In this document: positions 39,026 to 47,273 of the stretch, in pieces
How the letters are laid out: each line of letters opens with the position of its first letter
Position numbering within the stretch: the stretch's first letter is position 1
Assembly: GCA_028355015.1 (NCBI GenBank)
Contig: JAOMRN010000003.1
Location: 151,740-215,739, forward strand
From: Methanobacteriota archaeon
GTDB lineage: Archaea > Thermoplasmatota > Poseidoniia > Poseidoniales > Thalassarchaeaceae
DNA length: 64,000 nucleotides
Direction: 5' to 3'
The notes under the pieces: generated by a model
The model's database searches: none
What the model saw: only the letters and a program-made list of their open reading frames with translations
What the model was told of the DNA's origin: nothing
Program-made: the position numbers and the translations under genes

Positions 39026-39654
39026 ATAAATTCTCCAATATTCCAATCCAAAGGGTCTTTAGGAGTTCTTTTCAAGATTAATTCAATATTAGATAATATT
39101 GTTTCTTCTATTAGTTCTCTTGTAATTTCATCTCCATTTTGATTCATTCTGTAACCTAATTTATCTAAAGATGTAGTTACTCCTAAATCCATGCCACAAC
39201 AAGCCAGATTCTCTATTCGTTGCCCTGGAGTTGCGTAATTCAGAGCTAATCCATGCCTACTTACCCAATGAAGAAATGCCAAACCTATTGAACAAACTTT
39301 TTTTTCATCTACCCAAACTCCCATCATTGCTGGGTCTCTATATCCCTTAATTCCTAAATCCTCAAGAGTTTTGATTACTAGATTTTCCATCTTATTAATT
39401 ATTCCTCTGACACTTTGTTCTTCAGAATTCCATTTAATGATTGGATACAATACAAGTTGTCCTGGGCCATGCCAAGTGATTCCCCCTCCCCTATCTACAA
39501 TTGATTGAGAGTATTCTCCAGAAATCACCTCTCCATCTCTTACTGCTTTAGGCCCAACTGTCACTATTTCTGGATGTTCTACTAGAATTATGGTGTCTAT
39601 GATTTCATCATTAATACGTTTTTTTTGTAAAACTCGCATAGCATCTGAAACCAA
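39022..39654 (-). CDS. lipB: octanoyltransferase (lipoyl(octanoyl) transferase)
   Basis: LVEHPEIVTVG and RGGGITWHGPGQLVLYPI. Confidence 0.85.
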   Translation of the reverse strand: MVSDAMRVLQKKRINDEIIDTIILVEHPEIVTVGPKAVRDGEVISGEYSQSIVDRGGGITWHGPGQLVLYPIIKWNSEEQSVRGIINKMENLVIKTLEDLGIKGYRDPAMMGVWVDEKKVCSIGLAFLHWVSRHGLALNYATPGQRIENLACCGMDLGVTTSLDKLGYRMNQNGDEITRELIEETILSNIELILKRTPKDPLDWNIGEFI

Positions 39655-39708
39655 ACTATGATCTGCAATACCAGCCTTTAGGACTTGTACCTCTCTCAGA
39701 AAATCACC

Positions 39709-41160
39709 TCAGGCTGAATGTATTGCGTGCCCTAAAGTTTTCAAAACACTTTCATGAAATGCTTCAGTCATGGTTGGATGGGCATGCACAGTATCTGCTA
39801 TATCTTCCAATAATGCACCCATTTCAAGTGCTAGTACGAATTCTCCATGTAATTCTGCCACATGACTTCCTACTGCTTGTATTCCTAAAATAACATGATC
39901 AGATTCTCTGGCGGTTACGCGGATAAATCCTGCTGTTTTTTCTGCTTCTAGAGTTAATGCTCTGCCATTAGCTGCCAAAGGAAATTTTCCAGTTATTATT
40001 TCTTCACCACGTTCTTCAGCTTCATCTGGAGTTAATCCTACTGAGACGATTTCCGGTTCAGTGAATACAATTGCTGGAATTGCTACTTTATCGAATTCTC
40101 TTTTCTCACCAGATATTATTTCAGCAACCATTTCTCCTTGTGCACTAGCTTTGTGGGCTAGCATTGGTTCTCCAGCAACATCTCCGATTGCATAAACGCC
40201 AGGGGCAGAAGTTCTGCATTGCCTGTCTATTCTGATGAATCTACCTGATGTATCCATTCTGATACCCATATTCTCTAGACCCCAACCTCTGGAATTAGGG
40301 CTTCTACCTACTGTTACTAACACCTTATCTACAATGATTTTTTGTTCTTCCGAATTTTTCTCAAATGTCAACTCGACCTTACTGGACGCTCCTTTACCCT
40401 TTATTTTAGTTCCTCTTGCTAGAGAATTTGTATGGACGGTAACTTTATTTTTCTTTAACCATATTTCTAACGGCCTTCTGATTTCTTTATCCATAATTGC
40501 GAGTATACTATCCATTCCTTCTATGACTGTGACCTCGGAGCCTAATTTAGATAGAGCACAACCCAGCTCTAATCCAATATACCCTCCTCCTACGATAGCA
40601 ACTTTCTTAGGGACTTTCTGTAAATTTAATGCTCCTGTCGATGAAAGAACAAATTTTTCATCACATGGCATGAATGGTAAATCGATATGTGTTGACCCAG
40701 TAGCGATAATGACATTTTCAGCCTCTATTAGAATTTCTCCTTCTTTTGTTTTTACTGAACATTGCTTAGAACTTGTAAAAGTAGCCCATCCATTAATTAA
40801 TTCCGCTCCAGAACTTTTTACCAGTGTTTCAACTCCCTTAGTAAGTCTTCCAACAATTCCATCTTTCCATTCTACAACTCCTTTCATATCAATCTCTGGA
40901 TTTTCATTTATTGAAATACCCATGTGTCCATTTTCTGAAGAATGTTTTGTCAGAGATTCATAACGTTCAGCAGCATGAATTATTGCTTTACTTGGGATAC
41001 ACCCTATGTTTAGGCAAACTCCTCCTGGTTTATCTCCTTCAACAACAATAGTTTCTAAACCAAGTTGTGCAGATCTTATTGCAGCAACATAACCACCTGG
41101 TCCTGCACCTATAATCAAAACTTGACATTTCCGAATCTCACTCATATTATATCTCCTCAC
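39709..41160 (-). CDS. lpdA: dihydrolipoyl dehydrogenase (E3)
   Basis: IIGAGPGGYVAA, redox disulfide GGVCLNIGCIPSK, and VHAHPTMTEA. Confidence 0.95.
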   Translation of the reverse strand: MRRYNMSEIRKCQVLIIGAGPGGYVAAIRSAQLGLETIVVEGDKPGGVCLNIGCIPSKAIIHAAERYESLTKHSSENGHMGISINENPEIDMKGVVEWKDGIVGRLTKGVETLVKSSGAELINGWATFTSSKQCSVKTKEGEILIEAENVIIATGSTHIDLPFMPCDEKFVLSSTGALNLQKVPKKVAIVGGGYIGLELGCALSKLGSEVTVIEGMDSILAIMDKEIRRPLEIWLKKNKVTVHTNSLARGTKIKGKGASSKVELTFEKNSEEQKIIVDKVLVTVGRSPNSRGWGLENMGIRMDTSGRFIRIDRQCRTSAPGVYAIGDVAGEPMLAHKASAQGEMVAEIISGEKREFDKVAIPAIVFTEPEIVSVGLTPDEAEERGEEIITGKFPLAANGRALTLEAEKTAGFIRVTARESDHVILGIQAVGSHVAELHGEFVLALEMGALLEDIADTVHAHPTMTEAFHESVLKTLGHAIHSA

Positions 41161-42449
41161 ATAAAAATTAGAGCAGGATACTCTAACATTCTTTTTAGTG
41201 CCTGAACTAAAGCGGCACCATTGGCTCCATCTACAATTCGATGATCAAAAGAACTTGAAACATTCATAATTCTCCTAACTACAATTTTCCCATCTTTAAC
41301 TACAGGCATTTCACGTGCCTTGTGTATTCCTAAAATACTTACTTCTGGGTGATTAATTATTGGGGTAGCACCTAGTCCACCATCTCTTCCTAGGCTTGTA
41401 ATTGTGAATGTTGAGCCTGATAAATCATCAAGGCTTGCTGTACCATTTCTAGCTGCACCTGAAACTCTTTGCATTTCTGATGCGGATTGCCAAATATCCA
41501 TTGCCTCTACATGCTTTACGACTGGTACGAATAGTCCTCTGTCTGTTTGAGTAGCAATCCCAAGATGCACCGCAGAATATTGTGTGACAACGTTACTTTC
41601 GTCATTATACAGTGCATTACATTCTTTGTGATTAGGCATTATTTTAGCCAAAGCCATCATTATAAATGGTAAATATGTCAACTTAGGTTGATCATTATCT
41701 CTTGTTGCGTTGAGCATTTGTCTCAATTCTTCCAATTCAGTTACATCAATTTCTTCAAAGTATGAAAAGTGAGGTATTGAGAACTTAGATTTGACCATCT
41801 GTTCTGCAATTTTCCTCCTCAAACCTACTACCTTGATTTCATTTGTATCAGTTCTCTTTGTGGAATAAGAGGTAGGCGGTGCTCCGGTGACTGTTCCACC
41901 AGCAGCAATATATGCATCTAAGTCTGCATGACGTATTCTTCCAGCAGGACCCGACCCAGAAACTACTGATAGGTCTAAATCTGCATCCCTAGCTCTTCTT
42001 CTAACTGCAGGACTAGCTAATATTCTTGTATTTCCACCTGATGAGGCTACTATTTTACTTTCAGTAATTAATTCCACAGGTTTCGGAGCAGGTTTCTTAA
42101 TTTCTTTTGCGATAGGCTCTGGTTTCTTTTCTTCTTCAATAACTGGCTCTAAAGTCACCTCAGGTTCTGGTGAATTTTGAGCTTGATTATTACTCGAAGA
42201 ACCGTCTGTAGAGAAAGTAACTAATGCTGAACCAACGGCAATCATGTCCCCTACTTCTCCACTTAATTCAGTTACAATACCGCCTGTTGGAGATGGTATT
42301 GTTACAGTTGCTTTATCGGTCATTATGTCGACAATTTGATCATCTTCTTTTATTGAATCTCCGACCTTGACATGCCATGCGACAATTTCTCCTTCTACTA
42401 CTCCTTCTCCTATGTCTGGTAATTTGAAAACATAATCTCCCATATTCAT
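41157..42449 (-). CDS. dihydrolipoamide acyltransferase (E2)
   Basis: Lipoyl domain with IMTDKATV, a Pro/Glu/Lys linker, and catalytic SSFDHRIVDGA. Confidence 0.95.
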   Translation of the reverse strand: MNMGDYVFKLPDIGEGVVEGEIVAWHVKVGDSIKEDDQIVDIMTDKATVTIPSPTGGIVTELSGEVGDMIAVGSALVTFSTDGSSSNNQAQNSPEPEVTLEPVIEEEKKPEPIAKEIKKPAPKPVELITESKIVASSGGNTRILASPAVRRRARDADLDLSVVSGSGPAGRIRHADLDAYIAAGGTVTGAPPTSYSTKRTDTNEIKVVGLRRKIAEQMVKSKFSIPHFSYFEEIDVTELEELRQMLNATRDNDQPKLTYLPFIMMALAKIMPNHKECNALYNDESNVVTQYSAVHLGIATQTDRGLFVPVVKHVEAMDIWQSASEMQRVSGAARNGTASLDDLSGSTFTITSLGRDGGLGATPIINHPEVSILGIHKAREMPVVKDGKIVVRRIMNVSSSFDHRIVDGANGAALVQALKRMLEYPALIFM

Positions 42450-43456
42450 TCCTCCTGAGTTTTGCGTATCGCTTCAGATATTCTTGACGGACTTGGCATA
42501 TAATCCCACTCAGTTGTATGAGGGAATGGTGTATCCCAGCCCGTGACTCTTTCAATACGACTTTCTAGATGGTAGAAACAGCGTTCTTGAATTGAGGCAA
42601 CCATCTCTGCACCAAATCCGCTAGTTTTAGGGGCCTCGTGAACAATGACGCATCTCCCTGTTTTTTCTATAGATTTCACAACAGCATCCTTATCCCATGG
42701 CACTAATGTTTGTAAATCAATAAGATCACAACTAATCCCTGAATTTTTAATCGCCTGTTCAGCAACATGGACCATTGTACCCCAAGCAATTACGGTACAA
42801 TCATCTCCTTCCATTGCTAATCTTGCTTCTCCTAATGGTATCTTGTAGTATGATTCAGGTACCTCTGCTTCAGGATGATCTTTCCAAGTAGGTACTTTGT
42901 GAGGGTCGCCATAAAAAGGCCCCCTATAGCATCTTTTAGGTTCAAAGAAAATAACTGGGTCATTATCTTCTATAGCACTGATTAGTAACCCCTTTGAGTT
43001 AAACGGTGTTGAACAATATACTACTTTTAGCCCTGGAGTATGCGTAAATTGCGCTTCAGGTGATTGTGAATGATGATGACCCCCTCTAATCCCTCCTCCT
43101 GCAGGGGTTCTGATAGTAACTGGGCACCAAAATTCTCCTCCTGATCGATGCCTTACTTTGGCCATTTCATTTACAATCTGATCATACGCAGGAAATATGT
43201 AGTCCGCGAATTGTATTTCTACAACTGGTCTCAATCCATTAATTCCCATTCCAAAGGCAGTTGCCGCTATACCACCTTCTGATAATGGTGAATCAAAAAC
43301 TCGATGTTTTCCAAACTTTTCTTGAAGTCCGTCACAAGTTCTAAAAACTCCTCCAAAGTATCCAATATCTTCTCCGAAGAGTATTATTTCATCGTCTTTT
43401 TGTAGCATATTATCCAGTGCACTATTCACTGATTGGACCATGTTCATATTTACCAT
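42446..43456 (-). CDS. 2-oxoacid dehydrogenase E1 beta subunit
   Basis: VVEIQFADYIFPAYDQIVN. 4-nt overlap with E2. Confidence 0.9.
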   Translation of the reverse strand: MVNMNMVQSVNSALDNMLQKDDEIILFGEDIGYFGGVFRTCDGLQEKFGKHRVFDSPLSEGGIAATAFGMGINGLRPVVEIQFADYIFPAYDQIVNEMAKVRHRSGGEFWCPVTIRTPAGGGIRGGHHHSQSPEAQFTHTPGLKVVYCSTPFNSKGLLISAIEDNDPVIFFEPKRCYRGPFYGDPHKVPTWKDHPEAEVPESYYKIPLGEARLAMEGDDCTVIAWGTMVHVAEQAIKNSGISCDLIDLQTLVPWDKDAVVKSIEKTGRCVIVHEAPKTSGFGAEMVASIQERCFYHLESRIERVTGWDTPFPHTTEWDYMPSPSRISEAIRKTQEE

Positions 43457-43457
43457 G

Positions 43458-44696
43458 TCACTCGTCCCTCCAGCGTTTCATTTCATCCCACTGCTCTAGT
43501 AAATGCCATGGGGGGGTTTCATAAACTTCTGTGAATATTGCATCCGAGGAAGGATAAGGCCCATTAGCTAAATCTCCAAATTTAACTGCCTCTTTGTAAG
43601 CATTCATAACTTCTGAATCCAGTTTATTTTCTAAATCTAGATGTTTTTCCTCAGTCCATATGCCTATTTTTATCAAGTGCATTTTCAAACGATCTATGGG
43701 GTCACCACCTGGCCAGAAATCGCCAGAATCTTTCGGCCTATATCTTGAGGGGTCATCACTACTACTGTGTGCCCCGGCTCTATATGTCAAAACCTCAATA
43801 TGAGTAGGACCTAAATTTTGAGAAGCCCGTTGTCTTGCCCATTTTGTAACTGAGTATAACGCCAAAAAATCATTTCCATCTACTCTTATACTAGGTATTC
43901 CATAAGGCAAGCCTCTTGTAGCGAAATTTTGTATTCCACTGGCGAAATTAGAATGTGTAGAGATAGCCCATTGATTGTTAACTACATTAAGAATTACTGG
44001 GGCCTTGAAGATACTTGCAAAATTAAGGGCATAATGGTAGTCGCCCTCTGCACTTGCTCCGTCTCCGATCCAAGTAATTGTAACCTCATCTAATTGCTTA
44101 TATTTTGATGCTAGAGCGACTCCTATTGCTTGACTAAATTGTGTTCCAACAGGGCTCGAAACTGAGATGTACCTCCCCTCGCGATATGTGTAGTGTACTG
44201 GCATTTGTCTGCCTTTGACATTGTCCTCTTCATTGCCAATGCAGTGACAAATCATACTGACCATGTCTCTCCCTCTAACAAACTGTGCACCTGGTTGCCT
44301 GTAGGTAGGGAACAACCAATCTTGATTTTCCAATGCCATAGTTTGTGCGATAGCAATTGCTTCTTCACCATAAGATCTCATGTAGAACGATAACTTACCA
44401 GTACGTTGCATTTTCATCATCCTTTCATCAAAAATTCTCAATCTAAGCATATGTTCTAATCCGATTATTAATTCCTCTGGTTTGAGATTAGGATTCCACT
44501 GGCCCGAAGCCTCATGTTCATCATTAAGAACTCTAACTAATCCAGATGCATGTTCTCTAGTATCATCTGCTGAACAGCCAATTTCCAATATATCTAGGTC
44601 TTCAGGGGTCCATGACCATTTTTCAAAGTCAGGTCTATCTCCTGGTCTTTGAGGTGCTTCAGGGATGTGGAGTGTCTTCGTCTTCTTCTTCACCAT
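43458..44696 (-). CDS. 2-oxoacid dehydrogenase E1 alpha subunit (branched-chain type)
   Basis: TPP motif GDGASAEGDYHYALNFA and YRAGAHSSSDDPSRYR. Confidence 0.9.
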   Translation of the reverse strand: MVKKKTKTLHIPEAPQRPGDRPDFEKWSWTPEDLDILEIGCSADDTREHASGLVRVLNDEHEASGQWNPNLKPEELIIGLEHMLRLRIFDERMMKMQRTGKLSFYMRSYGEEAIAIAQTMALENQDWLFPTYRQPGAQFVRGRDMVSMICHCIGNEEDNVKGRQMPVHYTYREGRYISVSSPVGTQFSQAIGVALASKYKQLDEVTITWIGDGASAEGDYHYALNFASIFKAPVILNVVNNQWAISTHSNFASGIQNFATRGLPYGIPSIRVDGNDFLALYSVTKWARQRASQNLGPTHIEVLTYRAGAHSSSDDPSRYRPKDSGDFWPGGDPIDRLKMHLIKIGIWTEEKHLDLENKLDSEVMNAYKEAVKFGDLANGPYPSSDAIFTEVYETPPWHLLEQWDEMKRWRDE

Positions 44697-44741
44697 GTAC
44701 TCAACACCTACTCCTCACTCATATTTGTTGGCTTTCTCAAA

Positions 44742-45785
44742 TCACAATTTTCCCATTAAATTCAGATGACTGACTGCTGAACCTGTAGATTCTCTTGTCA
44801 CTACTGGTTCCGCTCCTTCAGCCTCTTCGTAAAGTAATCCAGCTCGATAAGACGAGCGGACAAGAGGGCCACTCGCCACTGCTTTAAATCCAATCTCTCT
44901 AGCCTGTTTGTCCCAGTCGGCGAACTGTTTGGGTTCAGGGAATCTATCGATAGGTAGGTGCTTATCGCTTGGTTGAAGATATTGCCCTAGAGTGATCATA
45001 TCAACACCTACTTCTCTGAGTATTTTCATCGCTTCAACTACTTCTTCGTCAGTCTCACCCAACCCTACCATTATACTGGTCTTGATTCTAATATCTGGTC
45101 TCATTTTTTTCGCTTCTTTGAGGATAGTTAATGATTGTTCAAAGGAAGCCCTAGGGTCTCTAACAACACCATCTAGCCGAGGGACACATTCTACATTGTG
45201 TGCAAATACTCTAATCGGCAGGTTTTCTAATAGTTCTGCTAATGCAACAACATTGCCTTCTAAATCGGAACATAATAGTTCTAGACCTACTTTTGGAGTT
45301 CTCTCATTTACTGCCAATAAACAATTTCTATAATGATTCGCACCACCATCTGGTAAATCGTCTCTATTTACTACTGTAATTACAGCATGTGATATCCCCA
45401 TATTTTCGATAGCATCCGCTAATTCCGTAGGCTCATTAGGGTCTAGCATTGGAGGTGTTTTAATCGTACCAACTGCACAAAATCTGCAACCTCTTGTGCA
45501 AACTTCTCCTGCAATCATAAATGTCGCTGTTCCTCGTGCCCAACAATCATGTACATTTGGGCACCTTGCTTCTTCGCAAACTGTATGTAATCCATGTTCA
45601 TGGACATTTGTTCTTGTTTTGTTGAAATTGCTCTGCGCGACACCTGTTGGCAAACTCGTCTTAAACCACTCTGGAAGTCGTTTTCGTTGGGCTTTCCTTC
45701 TCTCTAAGGCACTTTCTCCTCTTTTCTCTCTTCCTTCATTAATTGACAATATGCCGCTATCAATTGTGGGGAGGCGAGTCGTCAT
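44742..45785 (-). CDS. lipA: lipoyl synthase
   Basis: Auxiliary-cluster motif CEEARCPNVHDCW and radical-SAM motif CTRGCRFCAV. Start taken at MTTRLPT (45785) rather than the track start 45824. Confidence 0.9.
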   Translation of the reverse strand: MTTRLPTIDSGILSINEGREKRGESALERRKAQRKRLPEWFKTSLPTGVAQSNFNKTRTNVHEHGLHTVCEEARCPNVHDCWARGTATFMIAGEVCTRGCRFCAVGTIKTPPMLDPNEPTELADAIENMGISHAVITVVNRDDLPDGGANHYRNCLLAVNERTPKVGLELLCSDLEGNVVALAELLENLPIRVFAHNVECVPRLDGVVRDPRASFEQSLTILKEAKKMRPDIRIKTSIMVGLGETDEEVVEAMKILREVGVDMITLGQYLQPSDKHLPIDRFPEPKQFADWDKQAREIGFKAVASGPLVRSSYRAGLLYEEAEGAEPVVTRESTGSAVSHLNLMGKL

Positions 45786-45863
45786 TGTTACTTCGAGAAG
45801 GGTAAAGACGAAAACTATTCTCATTCGTTATGTTTGACTTGGGCTTATACAAGAAGTCATATC

Positions 45864-46643
45864 ATGATTCATCTTCGCTGGCTTGTGAATCAGGGCGCTG
45901 TGATAGTTACCGGCGGTTCGAAGAGAATAGGTAGGGAAATTTGCATTCATCTTTCTAAAATAGGATTCAAGATACTAATTCATCATAGAAATTCTGCTAC
46001 TGATGCAGAAGAAACAGCGCGAATCATTAGGTCTAATGGGGGTCTAGCCGAAATATGTCAGGCTGATTTGTCAGAATCTTCTAGTGCGAAGAAATTAGTC
46101 CAATCAGCAATCAAAAACTTTGGCGAAGTTTCGGGAATTATAAATAATGCCTCAGTTTTTATCCACGACGATATAAGCTCACTATCTTCGGATTCATGGG
46201 ACAATCATATGAATGTGAATGCTAAAGTGCCAATTTTACTCATCCGTGAAATGTATGAATCATTAAATGATGGAAGTAATGCCTCAGTCGTCAATATCTT
46301 AGATCAAAAGTTATCTAATCCTAATCCTGATTATTTATCTTATACTGCTTCCAAATACGTAATGCTTGGCTTAACAGATTCTTTATCTCGTGGTTTGGCT
46401 CCAAATGTAAGAATCAATGCAGTTGCTCCAGGTCATACTCTCGTTAGTGATTTACAAACAAATGAAGGTTTTTCGAAAGCACAATCAGGTTCGCCTCTTG
46501 GATTCGGCCCTTCACCCGAAGATATTGCAGAGGCCGTATGTTACTTGATGACGGCAAGGGCGGTTACCGGGCAAGTGATTTATGTAGATTCAGGTGAAAG
46601 ATTCCTCTCTCGATCTAGGGATGTTGTTTTTGAAACAGAGTGA
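45864..46643 (+). CDS. short-chain dehydrogenase/reductase, pteridine-reductase-like
   Basis: VTGGSKRIGREI and YTASK (YxxxK). Start uncertain: TTG 45834, ATG 45864 or GTG 45885. Lies next to the folB-like gene. Confidence 0.7.
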   Translation: MIHLRWLVNQGAVIVTGGSKRIGREICIHLSKIGFKILIHHRNSATDAEETARIIRSNGGLAEICQADLSESSSAKKLVQSAIKNFGEVSGIINNASVFIHDDISSLSSDSWDNHMNVNAKVPILLIREMYESLNDGSNASVVNILDQKLSNPNPDYLSYTASKYVMLGLTDSLSRGLAPNVRINAVAPGHTLVSDLQTNEGFSKAQSGSPLGFGPSPEDIAEAVCYLMTARAVTGQVIYVDSGERFLSRSRDVVFETE

Positions 46644-46647
46644 TTTT

Positions 46648-47049
46648 ATGACCTCGCATACAGATGCTATAACAAATTTATTATCTTCTTACAAGGGGGT
46701 GACTACATTATTTTTGGAAGATATAGTTAGGGATGTAGATATTGGCGTTCATGACTATGAAATCGGCAACCCTCAACGAGTAAGATTTGATATTTATGTA
46801 TTGATTTCTGGAGTCAAAAATCCTGAAAATGATGCAATTGAGGATGTGTTAAATTATGAATATTTACTTGATTCATTAGAAGAGGTTCTATCTCTTGGTA
46901 GGTTTTCTCTCTTAGAATCTCTTGCTAATCACCTAATTAATTCTATTTCTGAGCCTGAAAGTGTTAAGGCTGCGTCTGTAGTCATAACAAAACTTGACAT
47001 TTTAGATGGAGATGGAAGGCTTGGTTGTTCTATGACTAAAACCAAATAA
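46648..47049 (+). CDS. dihydroneopterin aldolase-like protein (FolB family)
   Basis: About 130 aa, with VDIGVHDYEIGNPQRVRFDIYV resembling the FolB core. Start at MTSHTDA, just after the SDR stop. Confidence 0.55.
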   Translation: MTSHTDAITNLLSSYKGVTTLFLEDIVRDVDIGVHDYEIGNPQRVRFDIYVLISGVKNPENDAIEDVLNYEYLLDSLEEVLSLGRFSLLESLANHLINSISEPESVKAASVVITKLDILDGDGRLGCSMTKTK

Positions 47050-47070
47050 TTAACGCAGATTTTATTCAAA

Positions 47071-47155
47071 TGGTGCAGGGGGTGGGATTCGAACCCACGA
47101 AGGTCTTACCACCGGAGCTTAAGTCCGGCCCCTTTGACCACTCGGGTACCCCTGC
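47071..47155 (-). tRNA. tRNA-Leu (anticodon UAA), long variable arm, 3' CCA encoded
   Basis: The reverse complement folds as a cloverleaf. Acceptor GCAGGGG/CCCCTGC, anticodon stem CCGGA/TCCGG with loop CTTAAGC, T-arm GTGGG-TTCGAAT-CCCAC, discriminator A then CCA. 85 nt. Confidence 0.9.
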
Positions 47156-47273
47156 GGCCCTCGGGCGTAGGAACTTAGTCTTGAATCGCGCGGCTCTAAA
47201 ATGTCCCGAAAATAGATGCTTGGCCGGAACTTATGATGAGAACTCTTTAACACCCTGTGAACAGCCGAGAACC

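Noticed and set aside
40235-40963. 242-aa plus-strand ORF
   Set aside because: It is antisense to lpdA, whose FAD and redox-disulfide motifs are unambiguous. It is a shadow ORF.
47233-47239. ATGATGA resembling a C box of a C/D-box sRNA between the tRNA and the giant gene
   Set aside because: No CUGA D or D' box, and no terminal stem, lies within the expected 50-70 nt on either strand.
47070-47273. N-terminal 68 codons of the 1055-aa track ORF
   Set aside because: They are the antisense translation of tRNA-Leu and its upstream spacer. A proper signal peptide follows only after GTG 47274.
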